Source: a virus (Duplodnaviria; Caudoviricetes). Taken from it: 64,000 nucleotides of DNA. A program made the position numbers and the translations under genes. This document shows, piece after piece, positions 1 through 8,449 of the stretch. A model generated the notes under the pieces. The model saw only the letters and a program-made list of their open reading frames with translations. It was not told the DNA's origin and did not search any database. Location of the stretch: positions 96,001 to 160,000 of the IMG/VR virus record IMGVR_UViG_3300021399_000099; one strand, 5' to 3'. Every line of letters starts with the position of its first letter. The stretch's first letter is position 1.

Positions 1-182
1 TAATTGTTGGTTGCTGGCGTTTGAATGTCCTTCAGGTTATCCGGATTACCAGCATATGTTTCGCAATCCATATTAACAATGAACCAGTCCTTGTGTTCAT
101 TGACCAAGTGTCTTACGATGTGACTACCGATAAAGCCAAGCCCACCGGTAACAAGAATTCTTTTAGCGTAATTTTTTTTCAT
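1..182 (-). CDS. rfbB: dTDP-glucose 4,6-dehydratase-like NAD-dependent epimerase/dehydratase, N-terminal part (runs off window edge)
   Basis: Not in the ORF track. Manual translation from ATG at 182 gives MKKNYAKRILVTGGLGFIGSHIVRHLVNEHKDWFIVNMDCETYAGNPDNLKDI, with the TGGxGFIGS Rossmann motif and the RmlB D..TYAGN motif. Confidence 0.85.
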   Translation of the reverse strand, partial: MKKNYAKRILVTGGLGFIGSHIVRHLVNEHKDWFIVNMDCETYAGNPDNLKDIQTPATNN

Positions 183-244
183 ATTTTTATTCTTTACTTA
201 CAATATACGAAAAAAACCCGAGATATCAAAATCACGGGTTTCTT

Positions 245-1423
245 TTACTTATTATGCTCTTGTTTGTATTTTTCGAGTTTTGACTGTTTTGGTTTCGGGT
301 CCCTCTTCTGGAAATAGAGTTCAGCCACCTTCATTGCCCTTCTAAATAATATATCCAAAAGTTGTTCGGTTCTTGAAATAAAACGTTCCTTTACCTTTTC
401 ATTGAATCTCTCTCCGTTATAGGCATCGCCTCTGCCTCTTGGTCGCATATTCATTACGTCTGCGGCTGAGGCCCAAATGGCTGAAGTTGCTGGGACTTTC
501 CTTAAGTTATCCAACAATATGTTCAGTTCTTTTATGTTTCTGGCGACCTGTGTCTTAGGGTACAGCGTCTTGAAGTTCTCTCTGGTGGCCCCAAGTTCTT
601 TAAGGTCTCCATATATGGATTCAGCCCGGGCGTTTCTTTCGGTCCTTTCCCATACCGAATAAAAAATAAAGTTCATATTGCGAAAAGCTTCTTCATCGCT
701 CCCAAAGCTAATTCTTCTCAACATATCCAGCGCCGGGTCTTGTTGATAACCATAATGGACCATTTTGTGCGGATGATTAGAGGCGCGGCGTGACATCGTA
801 GTTAAATCAAGACGGTCTAACTCATTGTCCGGCAAATCCTTTCTATTCTTTTTAATCTGCAAGCCGGTAAAAGCGTGATTCAGCTCGTGGTATAAGGTCG
901 AATGGAAATTTTTTGTTTGAAGTTCTCCCAGGATAGCCGGTACGGTTAGGTCAATCCTTCCGTTTTCCATTTTGAACGTGGTTTTATTGAAGCGGCTGTA
1001 TTGACCCCCACCCTGCCATGTAGCTGCTTCGGTGCCTCGCTCGTTGTCCCCGAAAAGAGGTAGATACTTGGTGTCAAAAATAAAGTTTTCTATCATTACA
1101 TTGATTTGTAGATGGTCGGCAATATCAAGTTTTTCGGTTATGGTTTCGGGTATTAAAAGGACATAATATTCGACTTTTCCACCATTTGCATCACCATCTT
1201 TAAAATCGTCCTTAAACTCGAACGTACCAACATCAACTGGAGGTTTGTTGAACAGTTTAAATAAATCCCACTTTTTCTCTACATATTGGACTATTTCATC
1301 GATGGCGTCTTCTTTATTTGACATTGCACTGCTCATAACCTCCTGGACAGACTCATTCAGGACAGCATGAACAGTGCGTTGAATCATTTCATTAATATCT
1401 TTATGTGTTAAACGTATTACCAT
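245..1423 (-). CDS. Probable virion-associated protein with HExxH zincin-like motif
   Basis: LYHELNHAF plus downstream ERNARAE; N-terminus MVIRLTHKDINEMIQRTVHAVLNE; preceded by ACTATTTAT motif. Confidence 0.5.
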   Translation of the reverse strand: MVIRLTHKDINEMIQRTVHAVLNESVQEVMSSAMSNKEDAIDEIVQYVEKKWDLFKLFNKPPVDVGTFEFKDDFKDGDANGGKVEYYVLLIPETITEKLDIADHLQINVMIENFIFDTKYLPLFGDNERGTEAATWQGGGQYSRFNKTTFKMENGRIDLTVPAILGELQTKNFHSTLYHELNHAFTGLQIKKNRKDLPDNELDRLDLTTMSRRASNHPHKMVHYGYQQDPALDMLRRISFGSDEEAFRNMNFIFYSVWERTERNARAESIYGDLKELGATRENFKTLYPKTQVARNIKELNILLDNLRKVPATSAIWASAADVMNMRPRGRGDAYNGERFNEKVKERFISRTEQLLDILFRRAMKVAELYFQKRDPKPKQSKLEKYKQEHNK

Positions 1424-1444
1424 TGTCTAATAACGACTATTTTG

Positions 1445-1765
1445 TTATAAATAGTCCTTGGTAATCGTTTTGTCCGGGTAGATATAAAGTTTTCTCCCAC
1501 CAGTTTGTTTAACACCGACAGCAAAATAGTCATATCCGTCTTTTGCCTCTTTGACAAGATTCTTGGGAAAACGGTAGCCGAAAAGTTCATCTATGTTATC
1601 GGCATTTTCCATAGTGATTCTTTTAAAGGCTTCGACCGGCGTATCCAGAAAAATCAGTTCATCGCCTTCTTTACTCTCGTACTCGGTGAAAACGAAAGCT
1701 TTTTTCTTATCTCTGGACATCACAATGTTGCTTTCAAATCTATATGTGTTTTGGTTCTTAAACAT
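1445..1765 (-). CDS. hypothetical protein
   Basis: ORF tiles the minus-strand operon. Confidence 0.7.
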   Translation of the reverse strand: MFKNQNTYRFESNIVMSRDKKKAFVFTEYESKEGDELIFLDTPVEAFKRITMENADNIDELFGYRFPKNLVKEAKDGYDYFAVGVKQTGGRKLYIYPDKTITKDYL

Positions 1766-1767
1766 TT

Positions 1768-2037
1768 TTAATCATTTAAGATAGTTTTTGTACCCTGATT
1801 GTATTTCTCATTGAACTCATTATCGGTCATGAAAAGGATAGAGAAACAATCAACAATCTTTTTAACCCATAGTACAAGTAACGGAATAAGACCGATTACA
1901 AGCCAGGAAGTCAAAATACCAAGGATGCACCAGAAAAGATATTTCTTTCCTTCCGCCTGTTCATTGAGATAAAACTTGTGAATTCCCCACTCTCCGAGGA
2001 AGAACGCCAAAAGCGCTGCGATAATTTTTTCTTTCAT
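1768..2037 (-). CDS. TM2/NINE domain membrane protein
   Basis: K..AALLAFFLGEWGIHKFYL, hydrophobic helix and M.D.EFNEKYN tail. Confidence 0.85.
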   Translation of the reverse strand: MKEKIIAALLAFFLGEWGIHKFYLNEQAEGKKYLFWCILGILTSWLVIGLIPLLVLWVKKIVDCFSILFMTDNEFNEKYNQGTKTILND

Positions 2038-2110
2038 ATTCTTTAATTGTTTATTTAAGTATTATTAATATTAATAATATTATATATATAATAAATATTA
2101 ATATATATCT

Positions 2111-2482
2111 TTAGAATGAAACCGCCAAATCTATCTTTAAGGGAACATCGGCGCACTTCAACTCCGGGAACATACTTTCCATAATTTTTGGTATTCGTAT
2201 ATTAACTTCCCCCTCAGACAAGAGAAACGGCTGGCCAGATGACGCGTTAATGTATTTCTTTGGTCGCTCGTTTGAAAGATACTTGGCACCTGTTTCCGGG
2301 TCTTTAAAATACCACAAACTCATTGTCTTCCCTGTGGGCTCAAACGGTGCATTATCTGCCAATAGCTTAATAACCAGAATATCAATCAGTTGCTCTTTGG
2401 TCAGCTTCTTGAGCATTTTTTCGTAATCGCTAGCTTCACTGAGAGTTTCCGTTATATTTTTAAAATCTTCAGTAACGTTCAT
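2111..2482 (-). CDS. hypothetical protein
   Basis: ORF tiles operon. Confidence 0.65.
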   Translation of the reverse strand: MNVTEDFKNITETLSEASDYEKMLKKLTKEQLIDILVIKLLADNAPFEPTGKTMSLWYFKDPETGAKYLSNERPKKYINASSGQPFLLSEGEVNIRIPKIMESMFPELKCADVPLKIDLAVSF

Positions 2483-3146
2483 CTCTTTCTTTTCTATATT
2501 CGTTCAATATTTTTTTTATCTCCTTATAGGACCCTTCTGGCATTGGGGTGTAAAAGCCATAGGTACGTTCCCAAACATATTTCTTTTTCCTCTCGTAGTA
2601 TTCTTCCTTATCAATTTTTCCTGCAAGGTACTCGTTTCTGGTTGTTTTATATGATAGATTGTCTTCAAGACGGTAGTCAATCTGTTCATAATCATATACA
2701 TACAAATCAACATCAGTAAGCTTCTCTTCAAGGAGTTTCATTATTCTTTCCCTGTCGCCGCCCCCTTCAAAGTCTGCGTATCCAATAATCGTCGTTGCCA
2801 CCCGCTTTCCATTGAACTCCTTGTTAATCAGTTCTAAACAGTTCGCAAGTGCTTCATAATCAACGGTATCCGGTATCTTGTCCGGTCTATATCTTCCCCG
2901 GCTTATATAGCATAGGGCAAACAATGGGGAAGCAAGCGGTGCCTTACCCCTGACGACCCTGACTGTGCCAAGTTTCCTGGGGTCTCCATATGCCGTTTCC
3001 TTATTGCTCATTGCGACGTTTTTAAAACTGAGTGCGACTTTATGCTGAAAGCCGTTTCCCATTGTGTTCATAATATTTACGCCGACGAGCACGACATCAT
3101 AGCCATTGACGTCATAAATCAGGTCCTTGTCTTCAATGATTGTCAT
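2469..3146 (-). CDS. Macro domain (Appr-1-p processing-like) protein
   Basis: DLI..DVVLVGVNIMNTMGNGF, KLGT and DYEALANCL pattern of phage macro domains; start moved to MTIIED just after the upstream stop. Confidence 0.65.
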   Translation of the reverse strand: MTIIEDKDLIYDVNGYDVVLVGVNIMNTMGNGFQHKVALSFKNVAMSNKETAYGDPRKLGTVRVVRGKAPLASPLFALCYISRGRYRPDKIPDTVDYEALANCLELINKEFNGKRVATTIIGYADFEGGGDRERIMKLLEEKLTDVDLYVYDYEQIDYRLEDNLSYKTTRNEYLAGKIDKEEYYERKKKYVWERTYGFYTPMPEGSYKEIKKILNEYRKERDERY

Positions 3147-3153
3147 GGCATTT

Positions 3154-3684
3154 TTATTCATACATTTCTTCCTTTGCTTCAAGGGCAAGACCCTTCTCAA
3201 TTAAGCCACGATAATCAAAATGATGAGCATTGAGCCAATCGTATATTTCGGAGAACTCACTTATTTCAATTGAACCAATGTCTGGATGTTGTGCTTGCAA
3301 TCCATAATAATAAGGCGGCTCTTGTATGAAAAAGTATGCGATGTTTCCGTACTTCTCATTCAATTCTTTTAACTCTTCCTCAGTCATACTTGACATTGGA
3401 CGGAGATAAGGTTTGAAATCATCTATGGTATAGGGGTCTCCCCAGGCCTGTTGCTCTTCTATGAAATCAACGGTATCTTCATTACCGATAGCAACCACAT
3501 GTATTTCTTCTGTTGAAGTGTTGATATCATCCAGTATCACATCAAATGGTGAGTTAAAAAATATCATGTCTCCATTTATATCATATTCCCCATTTGTGGT
3601 TTCAGCATACACTCTGCCTTTTACATCATACGGCAATCTTGCACAAAGGTCCTTAAGTAAAAGTTGTTTTTCTTCTTGTGTCAT
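3154..3684 (-). CDS. Phage hypothetical protein, paralog family A (LLLKDLCARLPY...KPYLR.MSSMT...DYRGLIEKGLALEA)
   Basis: Termini shared with 62624..62968. Confidence 0.8.
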   Translation of the reverse strand: MTQEEKQLLLKDLCARLPYDVKGRVYAETTNGEYDINGDMIFFNSPFDVILDDINTSTEEIHVVAIGNEDTVDFIEEQQAWGDPYTIDDFKPYLRPMSSMTEEELKELNEKYGNIAYFFIQEPPYYYGLQAQHPDIGSIEISEFSEIYDWLNAHHFDYRGLIEKGLALEAKEEMYE

Positions 3685-4067
3685 TTTTCTTTAACTTTTA
3701 ATGGTACAAAAACATCATATCCATCATCATCCTGGAAATGGTTTATATCCTCATCATATGTGCAGCCGAACTTGGTACGCTTATAAGTAAAAACTTTGCC
3801 ATTCCACACCGCTTCGCTTGCATTCCGGCAGTTTCCAATATAGGTCTCTCCAACGACTAACTTATCCTTTGGAATAGCCCCGCAACGGATAAAGTTAGGG
3901 ATTACATACTTGTCATACAGTTCCTTGTCAAGAACCGGTGGCTCGGGTATGAACTCCTCCGTAAAAGGCTCCATCTCCTCCAACCGCTTGATAATCTTTG
4001 GAATACGGTTTTCTCTTTCTTCCCGTAGCTTGTCATATATTTTCTGTATGTTTTCTGGTGTTGTCAT
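3681..4067 (-). CDS. hypothetical protein
   Basis: ORF tiles operon (ATGA overlap). Confidence 0.7.
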   Translation of the reverse strand: MTTPENIQKIYDKLREERENRIPKIIKRLEEMEPFTEEFIPEPPVLDKELYDKYVIPNFIRCGAIPKDKLVVGETYIGNCRNASEAVWNGKVFTYKRTKFGCTYDEDINHFQDDDGYDVFVPLKVKEK

Positions 4068-4070
4068 AAT

Positions 4071-4256
4071 TTACTCAATATTTATATAATCAAAATCCGG
4101 TCGGTTCCACGGATAATTAGTATCCACCCACGTCCTCTGTGATATCTCAAGCTTGTTGTAATCAGCTTCCGGGGGCCACATAATATTCATATCAACGGCG
4201 ACCGGCATATCCTGTGGGCACTTCTTCAGTTCATCAATCAGTTCTCTTACCGTCAT
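4071..4256 (-). CDS. Small phage hypothetical protein (MTVRELIDELKKCPQDMPV type)
   Basis: ORF tiles operon. Confidence 0.7.
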   Translation of the reverse strand: MTVRELIDELKKCPQDMPVAVDMNIMWPPEADYNKLEISQRTWVDTNYPWNRPDFDYINIE

Positions 4257-4259
4257 ATG

Positions 4260-4514
4260 TTAATCCTCATTAAACTTCGGTATCGGCATCCAAGCGACTA
4301 TCCCGTGGCATATTTGCCCCTGGTACCATCCACGTTTCTCGCTTCTCCACTCGCCATTCCTCGTATAATCTATTATCGCGCCATATATCGAGTCCCATGC
4401 TAAGACCCTCTCGCTTTCAGTCCATTCGTGGTGTCCCTGCATATTGTCGGATTCGTACTTATGTTCTTCCGGCATCCGTTCGCTACACTTAATCCATTCC
4501 ATATCACTTCTCAT
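4260..4514 (-). CDS. DUF551-like protein
   Basis: WIKCSERMPE...VLAW...IVAWMPIP. Confidence 0.75.
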   Translation of the reverse strand: MRSDMEWIKCSERMPEEHKYESDNMQGHHEWTESERVLAWDSIYGAIIDYTRNGEWRSEKRGWYQGQICHGIVAWMPIPKFNED

Positions 4515-4683
4515 TATTTTCTATCCAGCTTTCGATTTTCAAATCCACACTGGTACAATTTTCCTTATCGGAACCGTCATAACCACCCCATCCGTAGATT
4601 GCAAGCGCCTTGGTCACATAATCGCTGTCAATGATGCAAAGCTCAGCCTCCGGGTTAAATTCAAATAAATCCTTTACTTTCAT
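4504..4683 (-). CDS. Small hypothetical protein (59 aa, MKVKDLFEFNPEAEL...)
   Basis: Manual translation; fills the gap between dnaJ and DUF551. Confidence 0.6.
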   Translation of the reverse strand: MKVKDLFEFNPEAELCIIDSDYVTKALAIYGWGGYDGSDKENCTSVDLKIESWIENNEK

Positions 4684-4686
4684 ATC

Positions 4687-5784
4687 TTATTTCTCCTTCT
4701 TGTATTCTTCCAGTGCCTTTCTCTGTTCCTTGCTTAGCTTGGTCGGCACGTCATATTTTATAATAACAATGTAGTCTCCTTTCATTGCCGCGTATCCATT
4801 TGTGTTTAAAAATCCGCCCCTGTTTTTTGTGAAACGCTCTTCTGGTGCAGTGCATTCGTGGATGTTTATGGTCCAGTCACTTCCGTCCGGGCATTTTACT
4901 GTGATTTTTCCACCAAGCAAAGCATCAACAAAGCTGACCGTTTCTTCGTGGTAGATGTTTAAATCATTAGCGTCTCCAATTTCGAAATAGCCAGGGGTTT
5001 CTTGGACGACAGTTAGATGGAGCAACAAATTTCCCTTTGGATACCCAGGAGTTCCGTCTTCACCCATTTGGCTGTAAATAATTGTCATTCCATCACGAAG
5101 CCCTCCGGGTATATTCAACGTTACCTTCTCTTCTTCTTCAACGAAGCCGGTACCGCCACATTCTTTGCAGGGTTTATCTATCTGCTTACCGGTTCCGTGG
5201 CAATGCTGGCAAGGCGTCTGGTACATCGTAAATGCGTTACCCTGTCTCTGTGTCTTTGTTTCCATCCCGGTTCCGTGGCAGTATGGACATTCATGCTTCT
5301 GTCCGTCCTCACTTCCTGTGCCATTACAATGATGACAAGAAACACTCTTTTTAATAGTAACTTCCTTTTCAAGTCTTTCTTTAAGTGACTCAGCAAAAGT
5401 AATTGTTACGTAAGCATCTACATCCCTACCTGCATGACCACTTTGTCTTCTATGACTGCCAAAACTACTGAAGAAATCGCCGAAACCACCCATTCCAGCA
5501 GCCTGTCGCATAGCCTCGAACGGGTCAAAACCACCACCCATATCCTGCCATTGCTCATCTGCGCCACTGTCATATTGCTTACGTTTCTCTTCATCACCGA
5601 GAACACCATAAGCCTCGGCGACCTTTTTGAATTCGTCTTCAGCTTTTTTCTTCTCGTCTTCGGTGCCATTAACCCAACGGTCCGGGTGCCATTTCATGGC
5701 CAATTTCCTATATGCGGATTTTATTTCTTCCTGGCTTGCATTCTCGGCAACCCCAAGTGTCTTATAATATCCTTTAATGTCCAT
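4687..5784 (-). CDS. dnaJ: Molecular chaperone DnaJ
   Basis: J domain with HPD, G/F-rich linker, four CxxCxGxG repeats, C-terminal domain. Confidence 0.95.
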   Translation of the reverse strand: MDIKGYYKTLGVAENASQEEIKSAYRKLAMKWHPDRWVNGTEDEKKKAEDEFKKVAEAYGVLGDEEKRKQYDSGADEQWQDMGGGFDPFEAMRQAAGMGGFGDFFSSFGSHRRQSGHAGRDVDAYVTITFAESLKERLEKEVTIKKSVSCHHCNGTGSEDGQKHECPYCHGTGMETKTQRQGNAFTMYQTPCQHCHGTGKQIDKPCKECGGTGFVEEEEKVTLNIPGGLRDGMTIIYSQMGEDGTPGYPKGNLLLHLTVVQETPGYFEIGDANDLNIYHEETVSFVDALLGGKITVKCPDGSDWTINIHECTAPEERFTKNRGGFLNTNGYAAMKGDYIVIIKYDVPTKLSKEQRKALEEYKKEK

Positions 5785-5810
5785 TATTTAATCTCTTTTC
5801 CTTTCTATAC

Positions 5811-5830
5811 TACAAATATCGTGTTAAACT
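5811..5830 (-). promoter_or_regulatory. Degenerate sigma54-like motif upstream of dnaJ (AGTTTAACACGATATTTGTA)
   Basis: Same frame as other copies but GG replaced by AA. Confidence 0.4.
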
Positions 5831-6089
5831 AAATTAAACCCATGTGAATATCCTCACACATCTCCTCATACCACGCCAGCCAAGCCTTGTACGACTTGAA
5901 ACCGGCTTCCTTCCACTGTGGTGTCTCCTTCGGTGGCTTCTCCATAGTCTTCTTGACCTCATAGTGGAGACCGAGTTTTCCCTCAATGGATTTGGCAATC
6001 TTGTGGTACATAGCCTTCTTAACCTTCTTGTGGGAATGGTAGGTAGCAATAAGCTCACCATTCTCGTATAAGTTCCAAATAATTTTCAT
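5829..6089 (-). CDS. hypothetical protein
   Basis: ORF with upstream sigma54-like motif. Confidence 0.65.
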   Translation of the reverse strand: MKIIWNLYENGELIATYHSHKKVKKAMYHKIAKSIEGKLGLHYEVKKTMEKPPKETPQWKEAGFKSYKAWLAWYEEMCEDIHMGLI

Positions 6090-6114
6090 ATCACATCCGT
6101 TTTACCCCCTATAC

Positions 6115-6134
6115 TACAAATACCGTGCCAAACT
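6115..6134 (-). promoter_or_regulatory. sigma54-like -24/-12 motif (AGTTTGGCACGGTATTTGTA)
   Basis: TGGCACG-N4-TTGYA, intergenic, upstream of 6089. Confidence 0.7.
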
Positions 6135-6262
6135 TCAATGCGTTTTGCACTATTATACAAGGCATATATAACAGTGCATTTTATACATATGGCTCCACTA
6201 AGCCTTAATATAATATTACATAAATCTTTGGAAGAAAACAAGCATTATTTCTCAGTCCTCGT

Positions 6263-6271
6263 ACTATTTAT
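6263..6271 (+). promoter_or_regulatory. Putative late promoter motif ACTATTTAT
   Basis: Recurs upstream of structural genes. Confidence 0.55.
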
Positions 6272-6295
6272 GTACGGAATAATGTATAACAGATA

Positions 6296-8431
6296 ATGCC
6301 TCAAAATATTAAGATAAACAATGTCCGTAGCTTAGATGCCAAAATCCGCCTTGATGAGTATTATGACTTCATGCTCTATAAGGGAGAGGCTTATGGTGCC
6401 GATACGAGTGATGAGTGTCTTGTAGCTGATTTTAGTAAGTTTGACATAGACGAGGCCGGCAAGCTGCATTCCCTTGTGTCGTGGTCAGGTGCTTCCAATG
6501 AGGGCGTCGAAATGAATGACATAGGTTTTACGGGCATTGACAACGGTTTTATCAAATATCGCAAGGATATGATATCAAACCAGGACTTTATGAACATACT
6601 GACCGGTTCGACATACGACATATCTTCCGCGGATACCAGGTTTTTCCTCTCACCGATAACCGGAAATACCCTTGACTACAAGTACCCTATGAGTGCTGTG
6701 ACAAACGACGAGGGTAATGTTGAATATCTTTCATTTAACGGTGGTTTCTACCAGGGCTTCTACAAACTCTTCGGTTTTGATTATCAAACACTTCCAGTAG
6801 GTCTTGGCTATGGCTGGACGCTTAACTTCAAACTCAGGCCCAGATGTGACTACGAAACGGTTCCTGGGACAATAAATTACAAGCACCCTGAAAACGAGGG
6901 GATGTTCTTCTATATGGGTACCAGGGCGGAAAACAAGTTCTGGGAGTATTATCCTAACAGCTCAGCACTTATGGAAGAGTTCAGGGTCGTTGATGCTGAC
7001 AGCGAAGGATATATGAGTAATGAGTGTGGTGAAGGTGAGATTTACGATATCTATACAAATCACGTCGCAGAAAGTGAGTGGTTGCAAGATGAACTCCCAG
7101 AAGAGCCGGAACCCGGATATTTCATTGACGGTTACGCTGCCAGTGCAATAACTCCGGATTGCCCTTGTATTCAAGACCTTATGAAAAAGGATTGTAATTA
7201 CTTCCCGCTTGAATATTTCCAGGATGATTATTTCTATTTTAGTGATGCAAGGATTCCAAATCCGTACAAGTATGACGGAAGCTATGTAAAACAAACCGTA
7301 TCATATCAGGAAGTAGTACAAGAAGTAAAGAAAAGTGGGTGTGGATGTTCTCAGGCTAGCGTTATAAAGAAAACAATTACAAAGACTTATAATGTTCCTA
7401 AGACATCGAAGTGTGGCTGCCTCCCAATTGAAGAAAACAATTATGCCGAGGTTTGTAAGACGTGTGAAGACTACTTTGCCGATGCCTACTACAATGATAT
7501 GTGTGTCGATAGCCCGAAAGCAATCGAGCTCGACTATGTGATGGAAGACATAAAAATTGACAAGACCGGCTCAGACATCACTGATTCAATCGGCCACCTT
7601 TTCGCAAGGACCGGCTATTACGAAATCACGACCGACAACAAGTTCCTCTTCTTTAACCGGACAAAGACGGGTTTCACCACCTGCAACTGGACTGAGGGTT
7701 CGCTTGTGACTTTTACCGGCAGGACAAACTGGAGCAACGCCAACTATTTCCTTCTTATGAACAGGACCTGCACCGGCTTTACGACATCAACTATTGAAAA
7801 ATACAACGAGGCCCACGAAAAGCCTTATGACATCTATAAAGACATTAAGAACAACGCATTTGGATTAAGGATTACCAAGGGCGGGGCCATAGGCTATCGT
7901 TACGGTGTCCTTGACTGTGAAACATCAGCCAGCAACCATTACTCTGTCATCGAAGAATATAGCAAGGACGGAATGGTGAAGTGCAACGAATGGAACGACA
8001 TCACAGTAAAGATTGCGGTTCTTAACCCGTACTATTCACAGATTCAGACGTCATATAAGCTTAACGGTCTTCTCAGTGGGGTTACGATATGTAACAATAC
8101 CGGAGTTACCGGGTCTCACAGAATTAAAATATATGTGTATGTGAATGGTTACCTCAAACTTGTTTCAAAGGAACTGCCGGAGTTTGCATTCAGGGAACTC
8201 AACGACGTTTATCAAAAACAGGAGGGCGTCCCATTCAACATTTCACTTGGTGGTGGAACACAGGGGCTTATGGAGACAATCGGTCCGGATTATATGAATT
8301 CGACCAAATATGTCCTACCGCTTGAACGCGATTTTGGTGGTTCGTTTAACGGTGATATAAAATCATTTAAAATGTATTCCTGTCCGCTCGATTATTCCAC
8401 AATCAAAGACTATTTATCTAAAAATAACTAA
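6296..8431 (+). CDS. Probable virion structural protein; C-terminus resembles LamG/ConA beta-sandwich, Cys-rich middle
   Basis: YVNG...ISLGG...FNGDIKSFKMY..PL; upstream ACTATTTAT motif; first gene of the plus-strand structural block. Confidence 0.5.
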   Translation: MPQNIKINNVRSLDAKIRLDEYYDFMLYKGEAYGADTSDECLVADFSKFDIDEAGKLHSLVSWSGASNEGVEMNDIGFTGIDNGFIKYRKDMISNQDFMNILTGSTYDISSADTRFFLSPITGNTLDYKYPMSAVTNDEGNVEYLSFNGGFYQGFYKLFGFDYQTLPVGLGYGWTLNFKLRPRCDYETVPGTINYKHPENEGMFFYMGTRAENKFWEYYPNSSALMEEFRVVDADSEGYMSNECGEGEIYDIYTNHVAESEWLQDELPEEPEPGYFIDGYAASAITPDCPCIQDLMKKDCNYFPLEYFQDDYFYFSDARIPNPYKYDGSYVKQTVSYQEVVQEVKKSGCGCSQASVIKKTITKTYNVPKTSKCGCLPIEENNYAEVCKTCEDYFADAYYNDMCVDSPKAIELDYVMEDIKIDKTGSDITDSIGHLFARTGYYEITTDNKFLFFNRTKTGFTTCNWTEGSLVTFTGRTNWSNANYFLLMNRTCTGFTTSTIEKYNEAHEKPYDIYKDIKNNAFGLRITKGGAIGYRYGVLDCETSASNHYSVIEEYSKDGMVKCNEWNDITVKIAVLNPYYSQIQTSYKLNGLLSGVTICNNTGVTGSHRIKIYVYVNGYLKLVSKELPEFAFRELNDVYQKQEGVPFNISLGGGTQGLMETIGPDYMNSTKYVLPLERDFGGSFNGDIKSFKMYSCPLDYSTIKDYLSKNN

Positions 8432-8449
8432 ACGAGAAATATTATAAAA

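Noticed and set aside
2041-2110. AT-only stretch as replication origin or late promoter
   Set aside because: Low complexity, so motif matches are expected by chance; no iterons seen.
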